A DNA stretch of 64,000 nucleotides. Origin: Octopus sinensis. Taxonomy: Eukaryota. The DNA is taken from assembly GCF_006345805.1 (NCBI RefSeq), contig NC_043004.1, positions 27,404,001-27,468,000 on the forward strand, in the 5' to 3' direction. Below are positions 23,910 through 35,240 of this stretch, piece by piece. The notes beneath the pieces are model-generated. The model searched no databases and was not told the DNA's origin. It saw only the letters and a list, made by a program, of their open reading frames with translations. The translations under genes and the position numbers were made by a program. Positions within the stretch are counted from its first letter, which is position 1; every line of letters begins with the position of its first letter.

Positions 23910-24420
23910 TACAATGTTACCCTTTTTAAGTCCCTTGACACACACTATATATGCCAGCATATAATACAACTGGCTCTACAAGACAACCCCCCAGGATTTC
24001 CATTTAAAAAGTGGGTTTTGACTTATACTTGTATAAGACTATTCCAAGTTTTCTTGGAAAATAACTCAAGCACCGAAGGTATGAGGTTCATAGCTAAAGT
24101 TGTTGGGTGACCCTGTTGTTTATTTCTTGAAATTATGTATCCATTTTGACACAGGTCACAGACCATGTCTGCTACATGCGTCTCTAGAATCAGCCAGCAT
24201 GCAGTGCCTCCTCTCATTGCACATTTTGTCCTAGGTATATTCCTTAATAAGTCTTCCTTTAATCTCCAAACTCATACCACCTTCTCGGTTGCATTGTATT
24301 CTATCATAGTAGCACAGTTGTGGGACTTGGCATACGCTACCAGTTTCAGCTTAAAAGCAGCTTCATATTTCTTTCATTTATCACTTGGAGACATTAAGGG
24401 GTTTTACAGTTGTTGGGAAT
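23910..24420 (-). mobile_element. pogo-family transposase fragment (Brinker-type DBD plus CENP-B-like HTH)
   Basis: Minus-strand KKYEAAFKLKLVAYAKSHN...RLKEDLLRNIPRTKCAMRGG...QNGYIISRNK, with internal stops. Confidence 0.7.
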
Positions 24421-25094
24421 TAATGTTCACCCTGTGAGAGTACTACTGCTTATGAAAGAGTGACAACTTGAGCCTTTTTCAAGAAACCTTGTCTGTAAAT
24501 GTTTAAAAGTAACTGGTAACTGTAAGGTTTATTGTGATTGGTCTGACTGACATGAACTGGCCAGTCACAGAATGTATCAGTGCATACTGCTAATCTGCCA
24601 TAACAGGTAGGTTAATTACTATAAACTGCACTTGCTTTGAAAGCCCTAACACAATGCAGTGTAAACAAAATGGACCCTGGGACCAGGCTAAATGGGCTGA
24701 TTGTTTGCATTTTCTGTTCATCAGCTATTGTAAATGGTGACTGGTGTCTGTCTGCTAAGTTTGCTGTGTTGTTATTTTAATATAATCTTACTATTAATCC
24801 ATCTTCTCAAACATACACGTGAGTATCAGTAGAAAATACTGAGTTGTAGAACAGTAGGGGATCTATGTGAGTATTTTACGGTGTTCTCCATTGATATGTG
24901 CATGTGTCAGTAGGAAATACTGTGCTGTAGAACCATAGGATCTATGCAAGTGATTTACACTGTTCTCCATTGACATCGGCATTACTCTAAACCACAGGAA
25001 GTTATGGTTCAGCTTTTATATGGAGTGTATAAGATAACCCCTAATTCTGGAGTGATTTTTTTTAAAGTTCAAATTCAGTCCTGTACACTGGTGT

Positions 25095-25900
25095 CTATGG
25101 TAACAATGTCTTTCTGTTTGTCATCCAACTGGGAACTAAGCCTTCCTGCAAGCATCTATCCAGCTGTTTTGCTATACTTTTATGGTGCCTTCTCATTTCC
25201 TTCATCCAGTATCTTTGTACACTGTCCAGCCCTGAGCTCTTACAACTTAATATTTTACTTATCTGCCTTTTTATCTTTTCTGTCATTTATTTTTATGTTG
25301 TCTTGACCTTGTATATTTCTGAACCTACTTTGGATTTCATGCAGCCACTCAGCGTTATCATTATGTTCTGCATGTTGATCCCAAATCCCCATCCTACAAA
25401 GTTCTGCTTTCATTTGCATCAGGTACCAATGTTTGATGTAATTGTCCATCTAATTCCTCAAACAGCTTTCACTGATTGGCTTCAAGCAATCTCTTTTGCT
25501 TGAATCGTTTTGTTCTGTTGTCGTATCTTTACAATTTTGCATTGATTGCTTGTGCTCTCTTTGTTTTGATTCTTCCAATACCACATCATATCCTTTATCT
25601 TTTATTGTATACATTCTTTTCAGCCTTATTTTTATGATTTCATTCTGCAATTCCCCTTTTCCCCATCTATCAACTTGTCCCAAATCCATTTCCAACTCTG
25701 TTTCTCATAAATTCGGTTATGCTAATATGGTTCTTTCCGTTCTGTTTGTTCTCTTCTTTTGTATGCAACTCTCTCCATGGCAACTTACGTTGCAACTTCG
25801 ATAACTTTGTTGGTTTCAATCATATTTCCCTTCTGAAATAGTCCAAGAACAGAATTTCATTTTTTGGTTTCTGCTTTCACTTTACACAAGTCTACATATC
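25095..25900 (-). mobile_element. R4/Dong LINE fragment (upstream part of the element at 23495-23905)
   Basis: KSSGLDSVQRYWMK...QLDRCLQEGLVPSWMTNRKTLL, directly preceding the NFQPIT motif in element coordinates. Confidence 0.82.
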
Positions 25901-25971
25901 TCAGGCTTGGAAGCGTTTCATCCTGGTCTTCTCTAATATATTGATACATCACTATTTTTGGGGGATTATTC

Positions 25972-26330
25972 TTTTACTCTTTTACTCTTTTACTTGTTTC
26001 AGTCATTTGACTGTGGCCATGCTGGAACATCACCTTTAGTCAAGCAAATCGACCCCAGGACTTATTCTTTGTAAGCCTATGACTTATTCTGTTGCTGAAC
26101 TGCTAAGTTACGGGGACGTAAACACACCAACATCGGTTGCTAGGTGATGATCGTGGGAGAAACACAGACACACAAACATATACAAACATATATACATATA
26201 TATACGATGGGCTTCTTTCAGTTTCCATGTACCAAATTCACTCACAAGGCTTTGGTCGGCCAAGGCTATAGTAGAAGATACTTGCCTGAGGTGCCACGCA
26301 GTGGGACTGAACCCAGAAATTCTTGCAATA
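25972..26330 (-). mobile_element. tRNA-derived SINE (TAAAAGAG-tail family)
   Basis: Reverse complement of the 48300-48657 family; (TTTTACTC)n at 25972-25995. Confidence 0.88.
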
Positions 26331-26403
26331 TAACCCCTCTCACTAGTTCTGCTTAATGTGCTAACAACACTTTTACACTTTGACCCCCTCCACACATACG
26401 CAT

Positions 26404-26428
26404 ATATCACCATCATCATCATTATCAC

Positions 26429-26465
<37 letters not shown>

Positions 26466-27170
26466 GGCCAAGCTCCAGTAGTGCTTTTTATGTGCCACTG
26501 GCATGGGTGCCAGTTAGGTGACACTGGCATTGCCCACACTCAAACGATGCCTTTTACATACCACCAGCATGGATGCCAGTCAATGCTGGAATGGTGGTTT
26601 TTTTATGTGTCACCGGCACAGATGTCAGTCAAGTACCACTGACATTGGCCACACTCAAATGGTGCTTTTTATGTGGTGCCAGCACAGGAGCCAGTCAGGC
26701 AGTACTTGGTTGCAGCCATGACAACAATTTCACTCAGATCAACAGATCTTCACAAGCATGGCATATCACCCAACAATTGAAGGGTGCTTTCTTCAGTGAG
26801 GCTCAATGTTTGAAGGCCGTGCTTCACCACCACATTCCAGGTCTTCCTGGGTCTACCTCTTCCACAGGTTCCCTCCACTGTTTAGGTGTGACACTTCTTT
26901 GCACAGCTTTCTTCATACATACACATCACATGACCATACTAGCACAGTTGTCTATCTTGTGCACAACATCTGATGACTTTTATGTCTAACTTTTCTCTCA
27001 GAGTGCTTACACTCTGTTGTGCATGCACCCTAATATTACACATCCTGCAGAGCATAGTAGCTTCATTGTTCTTCAAGCCTACACATGTCTTCAGCAGTTA
27101 CAGCTCATGCTTCACTGCTATGTAGCATGGCTGTTTGCAAACAGGCATCATACAGTCTACCTTTCACTCT
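26404..27170 (-). mobile_element. Older RTE LINE: RT C-terminus, repeat-containing 3' UTR and long (ATG)n tail
   Basis: Reverse complement of 26820-27170 aligns to 31970-32320 (EGTCGRGRP region); UTR monomers at 26480-26720. Confidence 0.8.
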
Positions 27171-27184
27171 GGTATACACCCACC

Positions 27185-28060
27185 TTCTCACTAAACATTA
27201 AAAACATAGCTAAATCCTTCTTTAATATACCAGACTCCAACTTCCTTCATCAACATAAATATTATTCTATTTTCATTAGATCTACCCTGAATCTATCCTA
27301 TTCCACCTAACTTTGGGTCTATCATAGTAGCCTCTAATGAGCAAAAGTTTTCTCTCTACTATCAAAACTCACACTATAACAACTCTGAATACATGAGCGC
27401 CCAGCATGTACACAGCTCTAACATTGAACCCCTATGTTAGCCCACAACCATAACCCAAACTATCCTACTAACACTATCCAGAATACTACCACAATTTCAA
27501 CCACCATTACAGATAGAATAATTAACAATAACGATAGCAATAATAATGATAATAGTAATAATAATAATAATAACTTGGACATTTCTATTCCTATCTCTAA
27601 CCTCCCCTTGGACACTATTACCTCTTCCATTCCTGAAAATAATCCCCATAATACACCCACTTGTAACTTTCGTCCTGGGTCCACCTGTCCTCTACAAACC
27701 CATTGAAGAAGATCTAATGTAATTTATAAATGCACCGTCCTCAACACTTACACAATTCAAACAGCTATATATATATAGGGTCAGCCATAAATCTTAAACA
27801 GCAATATGCTGCTCATCTCAATTCTTTTAGATACGAGAAACACAGTAAATCCACAACACTCGCCAATCACATACATCATCTCAGAAATAGAATATTCCCT
27901 ACATTTTTTCATGGTCCATAATAGATTCAGGGCTTCCATACCAAGGTTAACACTTAGCCTGTAAGTTATGCCTAAAAGAGGCATTCCACATATTAAAACA
28001 CAACTCCTCGACACTACGAAATAAATATAATGAAGCCCTAGGTACATGCAACCACCGCTT
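27185..28060 (+). mobile_element. Penelope-like element remnant: RT C-terminus and GIY-YIG endonuclease
   Basis: NIKNIAKSFF...IFIRSTLNLSYS; CNFRPGSTCPL...NVIYKCTV; YIGSAINLKQQYAAHLNSFRYEKHSKSTTLANHI. Confidence 0.82.
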
Positions 28061-28067
28061 TTTTCAT

Positions 28068-28984
28068 ACCTTCAAATTTTACCACAAATCTAAATGCGAC
28101 CTAAATAACCACACAGCATATATCTACAACATCCCTTAGGTAATCCCCAACAACCCTACTTAACTTTCACTTATCTCCATTTTAATTTTTAATCTTTAAT
28201 TCTTTAACTCCCCTATCTTACTTTAAAGATCTCAGTCATTTAATACTACATATTTGAACATACAAGCGGACACATGTGTGCAAGTAAATGTGTGTGCATG
28301 TGTTTTTGTGTATGTATATGTATGTGGGTACATATATGTGTATATATGTATATGCATGTAGTGTGTATGTGTGTGTATATATATATATACATGCATACTT
28401 ATATACAAATATATATGAGTGTGTGTATGTGTATATAAGTATATGTAAGTACCTACATATATGTGTGCATGTGACTATGTGTAAATGCAAGTGCACCTGC
28501 ACATATATATGTGCGTATGCATGTATATGTATGTGCACGCATATGCATGTATGAATGCTTTATGGATGCGTGTGAGCATGCATGTGTATGTATATGTGTA
28601 TATGTGAACGTATGTATATATATACATATATATAAGTATGTATGTGTGTATATGTATGTATGCATATGCACACATGTTTATGTACGTGGGTGTGAGTGTA
28701 CGTATGTCATTATACCTTCTTTCCTCCTATCTGATTCCTACCTATCACACCAACCTATCAAATACATCTATTTATAGAAATTTTGACATCCTTGTATTCT
28801 TCGCTCCACTTTAAATTTTATTACTAAATGCAACCTAAATAACCACACAGCATTTATCCACAACATCCCTTAGGTAATCCCCAACAACCCTACTTGACTT
28901 TCCCTTATCTCCATTTTAATTATTAATCTTTAATTCTTTAACTCCCCTGTCTTACTTTAAGGATTTCAGTCATTTAATACTACT
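28068..28984. repeat. ~180-bp direct repeats (about 28068-28248 and 28808-28984) flanking (TA/TG)n low-complexity DNA
   Basis: cctaaataaccacacagcat...cagtcatttaatactac present twice, about 740 bp apart. Confidence 0.9.
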
Positions 28985-29561
28985 TACTTTGGCATCACTC
29001 CCACCCATACTTTTTCTCTACCCATCCCTTAATACAGCCCTATTATATCACACCTACTCATATATCTCACACTTATTCACTCCTTACCTTCTCATCTCAT
29101 CCTATTCACCCCTCCCCATTCCTGTCCCATCCTCCCCTCACATTGTCTTGACCACTAACTAACACTCCTTTTCTCACCTCTGTGGCCTGCTCTTCATTTT
29201 TCCTCTCTCTTCCTCTTCTTTTCTCTCTCTTTTTATTATCATTACTCTTGTATCCTTTTTCTTTCTTTCTTCTTCTCATTTTCCCTTCCTCTCTTCATTT
29301 TGACCTATCTCCTCATTTTAATCATATACACCTCCCCACCCCATCCATCCACAAATACAACCAATACATTCTCAAATTTTCATTCACCCCACAAAACTCC
29401 ATCGAATGGGCAACACAGAATCCTCAGTTCCATACTTTGAAACGACTAAACAGGAACTACTATCAGAACTTACATACCATGTACAGGAAACTTTTTTTTA
29501 CCACTTCCATACATCACTTTACTTGAATAATGGAACTGCAACGACAATATTTTATATGTTA

Positions 29562-30067
29562 CTAGCAGTATCGCCCGGCGTTGCTCGGGTTTGTAAGGGA
29601 AATAACTATATAAGCATTTTTAGAGAGTTACTTCCCTTATAAATTCGGGCTTTCTTAGCCATTTTTGTTTTGGTGTCTTCAAGCCATGAAGTCGTTGTTC
29701 TAAAAGAACGCTGGTTTCCTTCACAACGCATTACGACGTTGATTTCTTTACACTCCCTTCCCCACAGCTTCACGAGGGAGGGAAGGGGGAGAAGCAAACA
29801 GGTGCAGCTGTGAGCGTGGACGCCAACTCCGCCGCCATCGACATACGATGCATTTTATGCATTAAAATGGAATAAAAAATGATGTTAAATTATTTTTAAA
29901 ATCGTAGACTCATCGTTGACGCGCGCTAATAGTCAGATGGGCTCGATATGAAGCACGACTATAAGATACCCGAATTTGGTTAAACTGCACCGCAAAATGT
30001 GGGAGGAGTTAGGAATCTAAATCGAAGGGGACAGACACTCACACAACTAGAGTTTTATATATATAGA
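29562..30067 (-). mobile_element. Non-autonomous Helitron
   Basis: Minus strand begins TC (30067-30066) after A and ends ...cccgagcaacgccggg-cgatactgCTAG before T: subterminal GC hairpin plus CTAG at an A/T insertion site with no TSD. Confidence 0.88.
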
Positions 30068-30282
30068 TTTCTACTTTCCTTCTCTTATTTCCCTTTATTT
30101 TCCCTGTCTCCTCCTTTTCCATATCAATTTCCTTATTTCAAACTCAAACATTTACCTCTCTCACATGATAAAGGAATATCTGTAATATCCCAGAAACAGC
30201 TGTAAGACTATATCTCTTTCCTTCTAGATGTGCTGTAAACTCCACACAGCCTTGGCTTTGTTATCTGTTCTTGTCTAATATA

Positions 30283-30327
<45 letters not shown>

Positions 30328-30684
30328 TGCACACACACACACACATACATACATATATATATAGATATGTATACATACATACATATATATGCATGTGTGT
30401 ATATATATAACTTGACTAAGGGTGTGAATAACACTTACATTGCTAAAAATAGAAGCTAAAATGCTTCAATGCTGTTACAAACCACATAGCATATATAGTG
30501 TTTGGGGTGATCGCATTCCCTATCAGAATATATGTTACGTACTTTATAACAGCTTTGGACCATTTTAGCTCTTACTTCTAACAATGTAGGTGTCTTGACA
30601 CTCTTAGACAAGCTTAGTTGACGGCTATAGTTTTCCTTTACAGTATAACATTGCAACTAGTTGTTTTTATTAATCATATATATA

Positions 30685-30774
<90 letters not shown>

Positions 30775-30806
30775 GTATATCTATATATATATATATATAT
30801 ATATAT

Positions 30807-31012
30807 AAGCTTATAAAATACTATTATTATTATATACAGATATACATACATACATGCATATCATCATCATCATCATCATTTAGCGTCCGCTTTCCATGCT
30901 AGCATTGCAACCCATGCTAGCATGGAAAGCGGATGCTAAATGATGATGATGATGATGATATGTATGTATGTATGTATATCTGTATATAATAATAATAGTA
31001 TTTTATAAGCTT
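30807..31012. repeat. ~100-bp-arm palindrome centred on an RTE 3'-end fragment
   Basis: 30807-30905 pairs with 30914-31012 with 2 mismatches; 8-nt loop. Confidence 0.95.
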
Positions 31013-31467
31013 AAAGCTTATAGCAATCACTGCACAATGACTAATGAAAATAGTCTAATAATGGGGCATATAAGCCCTCGACAGATAAAAGTAGGTTTTT
31101 CCCGTATGCGTGGGACTCAAACCCACACCTCTTTGTTTATGTGACCAAGTGCACTACCATTACACCAATGCACAAGCCTGCTTTTTTTCTCTCAGAATTA
31201 AGGACTATAATTAGTTGTTTTTGTAAATAAACTTTCATGTGCTTTTACTGTGATGGTTTTGATAAGCTGTGTTGATATTTTACAATTCTGTGCATTGGTG
31301 TAACAGTAGCACATTTGGTCGTGTAAGCAAAAAAGTGTGGGTTTGAGTCCCACGCTTATAGGAAAACCTACTTTTTTCTGTCGAGGGCTTATAAGCCCCA
31401 TTATTAGACTATTTTCTTTAGTCATTGTGTGGTGATTGCTTATAAGCTTTAAGCTTATAAAATACTA
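30996..31467. mobile_element. Two inverted copies of a ~180-bp tRNA(Met)-like-derived repeat
   Basis: 30996-31174 (-) and 31289-31467 (+); A-box tggtgtaatgg, T-arm gtggg-tttgagt-cccac, anticodon loop cacataa in the minus copy; acceptor stem imperfect. Confidence 0.7.
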
Positions 31468-31544
31468 ATATTATCATTTATAGAATTGCAAAAATTGATG
31501 CTGCTTGACAAAACCATCACAGTAATACGTACACACACACACAA

Positions 31545-31573
<29 letters not shown>

Positions 31574-31575
<2 letters not shown>

Positions 31576-31787
31576 CTCTTTTACTCTTTTACTTGTTTCA
31601 GTCATTTGACTGTGGCTATGCTGGAGCACTGCTTTTAGTTGAGCAAATCAACCCCGGGAGTTATTCTTTTTGTAAGCCCAGTACTTATTCTATCGGTCTC
31701 TTTTTGCTGAACCGCTAAGTGACGGGGACGTAAACACACCAGCATCGGTTGTCAAGCAATGCTAGGGGAACAAACACAGATACACAA

Positions 31788-31838
<51 letters not shown>
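31574..31838 (-). mobile_element. 3' half of a TAAAAGAG-tail SINE, split by the RTE insertion
   Basis: Matches the reverse complement of 48410-48657; the other half is at 35056-35228. Confidence 0.9.
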
Positions 31839-31839
<1 letters not shown>

Positions 31840-32405
31840 GCTACCTAGGAGACCAAGTCAGTAGCGGGGGTGGGTGTGCTGAAAGTGTAACTGCTAGAGT
31901 AAGAATAGCCTGGGCAAAGTTTAGAGAGCTCTTACCCCTGCTGGTGACAAAAGGCCTCTCGCTAAGAGTAAAAGGCAGACTATATGATGCGTGTGTACGT
32001 ACAGCCATGCTACATGGTAGTGAAACATGGGCCGTGACAGCTGAGGATATGCATAAGCTTGCAAGAAATGAAGCCAGTATGCTCCGATGGATGTGTAATG
32101 TCAGTGTTCATAATCGTCAGAGTGTAAGTACTTTGAGAGAAAAGTTGAACCTAAGAAGTGTCAGTTGTGGTGTGCAAGAGAGACGGCTGCGCTGGTATGG
32201 TCATGTGACGAGAATGGCTGAAGATAGTTGTGTGCAAAAGTGCTACACCCTAGCAGTTGAGGGAACCTGTGGAAGAGGTAGACCCAGGGAAACCTGGGAC
32301 GAGGTGGTGAAGCACGACCTTCGAACTTTAGGTCTCACCAAGGAAATGACTGAAGACCGAGTCCTATGGAAGTGTGCTGTGCATGAGAGGACCCGGCAGG
32401 ACTAG
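31839..32405 (+). pseudogene. RTE reverse transcriptase C-terminal fragment (uninterrupted frame, 5'-truncated)
   Basis: RYLGDQVSSGGG...KGRLYDACVRTAMLHGSETW...RRLRWYGHV...GRGRPRETW; the provided ATG-initiated ORF start lies in upstream microsatellite. Confidence 0.9.
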
Positions 32406-35055
32406 TCAGGCCATATCCCGTGGCCCCTACCTGGGACGTAGTCGATCCACCTGTGCATACCTTCCTTCTTGTGACACTTGTGAAGACCTGCTGAGGCAAG
32501 TGAAAATCAATCAAAATAGATGAACATCAATGGAATTTGTATCTTTGTGGTACCAGTGCCTGTGGCACACAAGAAAACCATCCGAACGTGGCCGTAGCCA
32601 GTACCGCATCGACTGGCCTCCATGCTGTGGGAACATGGTGGCACATAAAAACACCATCCGAAGACCCGGCAAGACTAGTCAGGTCATAACCCGTGGGCCC
32701 TACCTGGGACGTAGTCAGTCCACCTGTACATACCTTCCTTCTTGTGACACTTGTGAAGACCTGCTGAGGCAAGTGAAAATCAAATCAAAATCAAAACAAA
32801 TCAAAATAGATGAACATCAATGGATTTGTATCCTTGTGGTACCAGTGCCGGTGGCACACAAGAATCCATCCGAACGTGGCCGTAGTCAGTACCGCTTGTG
32901 GTACCAGTGCCGGTGGCACACAAGAATCCATCCGAACGTGGCCGTAGTCAGTACCGCTTGTGGTACCAGTGTCGGTGGCACACAAGAATCCATCCGAACG
33001 TGGCCGTAGTCAGTACCGCATCACTCGCCATCGTGCTGTGGGCACATAACAAACACCATCCGGTCGTGGCCGTTCGCCAGCCTCATCTAGCACCTGTGTC
33101 GGTGGCACATAAAAAGTAGTCAGTACCGCTTGTGGTACCAGTACCGGTGGCACACAAGAATCCATCCGAACATGGCCGTAGTCAGTACCGCATCACTGGC
33201 CATCGTGCTGTGGGCACATAACAAACACCATCCGGTCGTGGCCGTTCGCCAGCCTCATCTAGCACCTGTGTCGGTGGCACATAAAAACACCTTCCGAAGA
33301 CCCGGCAAGACTAGTCAGGCCATAAACCATGGCCCCTACCTGGGACGTAGTCAGTCCACCTGTGCATACCTTCCTCCTTGTGATACTTGTGAAGGCCTGT
33401 TGAGGCAAGTGAAAATCAAATCAAAATCAAAATCAAAACAAATCAAAATAGATGAACATCAATGGAATTTGTATCTTCGTGGTACCAGTGCCGGTGGCAC
33501 ACAAGAGAAAACCATCCGAAAGTGGCCGTAGCCAGTACCGCATCGACTGGCCTCCGTGCTGTGGGCACATGACAAACACCATCCGATCGTGGCCGTTCGC
33601 CAGCCTCATCTAGCACCTGTGTCGGTTGGCACACAAGAGAAAACCATCCGAAAGTGGCCGTAGCCAGTACCGCATCGACTGGCCTCCGTGCTGTGGGCAC
33701 ATGACAAACACCATCCGATCGTGGCCGTTCGCCAGCCTCATCTAGCACCTGTGTCGGTGGCACATAAAAACAATCCGAAGACCCGGCAAGACTAGTCAGG
33801 CCATAACCATGGCCCCTACCTGGGACGTAGTCAGTCCACCTGTGCATACCTTCCTTCTTGTGACACTTGTGAAGACCTGTTGAGGCAAGTGAAAATCAAT
33901 CAAAACAAATCAAAATAGATGAACATCAATGGAATCTGTATCTTTGTGGTACCAGTGCCGGTGGCACACACTTGTGGTACCAGTGCCGGTGGCACACAAG
34001 AGAACCATCCGAACGTGGCCGTAGCCAGTTCCGCATCGACCGGCCTCCGTGCTGTGGGCACGTAACAAACACATCCGATCATGGCCGTTCGCCAGCCTCA
34101 TCTGGCACCTGTGTCGGTGGCACATAAAAACACCTTCCGAAGACCCGGCAAGACTAGTCAGTCCACCTGTGCATACCTTTCCTCTTGTGACACTTGTGAA
34201 GACCGGTTGAGGCAAGTGAAAATCAAATCAAATCAAAATCAAAATAGACAAAATAGATGAACATCAATGGAATTTGTGTCTTGTGGTACCAGTGCCTGTG
34301 GCACACAAGAAATCCATCAGTGCCGTAGTCAGCGCGGTGGGCACATGACAAACACCATCCGATCGTGGCCGTTCGCCAGCCTCATCTAGCACCTGTGTCG
34401 GTGGCACATAAAAACACCATCCGAAGACCCGGCAAGACTAGTCAGGCCATAACCCATGGCCCCTACCTGGGACGTAGTCAGTCCACCTGTGCATACCTTC
34501 CTTCTTGTGACACTTGTGAAGACCTGTTGAGGCAAGTGAAAATCAAAACAAATCAAAATAGATGAACATCAATGGAATTTGTATCTTTGTGGTATCAGTG
34601 CCGGTGGCACGTGGCACATAAGAAAACCATCCGAACGTGGCCGTAGCCAGTACCGCATCGACTGGCCTCCGTGCTGTGGGCACGTAACAAGCACCATCCG
34701 ATCGTGGCCGTTTGCCAGCCTCATCTGGCACCTGTGTCGGTGGCACATAAAAACACCATCCGAGCGTGGCCGTCTGCCAGCCTCGTCTGGCACCTGTGTC
34801 GGTGGCACATAAAAAACACCATCCGAGCGTGGCCGTTTGCCAGCCTCGTCTGGCACCTGTGTCGGTGGCACATAAAATCACCCACTACACTCTCGGAGTG
34901 GTTGGCGTTAGGAAGGGCATCCAGCTGTAGAAACACTGCCAGATCTGACTGGACTGGTGCAGCTTTCGGGCTCCCCAGACCCCAGTTGAACCGTCCAACC
35001 CATGCTAGCATGGAAAGCGGACGTTAAATGATGATGATGATGATGATGATGATGA
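31839..35055 (+). mobile_element. 5'-truncated RTE LINE with 2.6-kb tandem-repeat 3' UTR and (ATG)n tail
   Basis: Open RT C-terminus to TAG at 32403-32405, then a hierarchical array, ending gttaa(atg)n at 35028-35055. Confidence 0.92.
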
Positions 35056-35228
35056 TATACATATATACGACAGGCTTCTTTCAGTTTCCGTCTACCAAAT
35101 CCACTCACAAGGCACTGGTCGGCCCGGGGCTATAGCAGAAGACACTTGCCCAAGATGCCACGCAGTGGGACTGAACCCAGAACCATGTGGTTGGTTAGCA
35201 AGCTATTTACCACACAGGCACTCCTGTG
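35056..35228 (-). mobile_element. 5' half (tRNA head) of the split SINE
   Basis: Matches the reverse complement of 48235-48400. Confidence 0.9.
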
Positions 35229-35240
35229 CCTATATATATA

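Noticed and set aside
31289-31365. Functional tRNA gene
   Set aside because: The acceptor stem does not pair properly and the anticodon arms of the two copies disagree; treated as a tRNA-derived repeat.
32400-35030. CRISPR-like appearance of the repeat array
   Set aside because: There are no unique spacers or cas genes, the context is eukaryotic, and the array is continuous with an RTE RT and tail.
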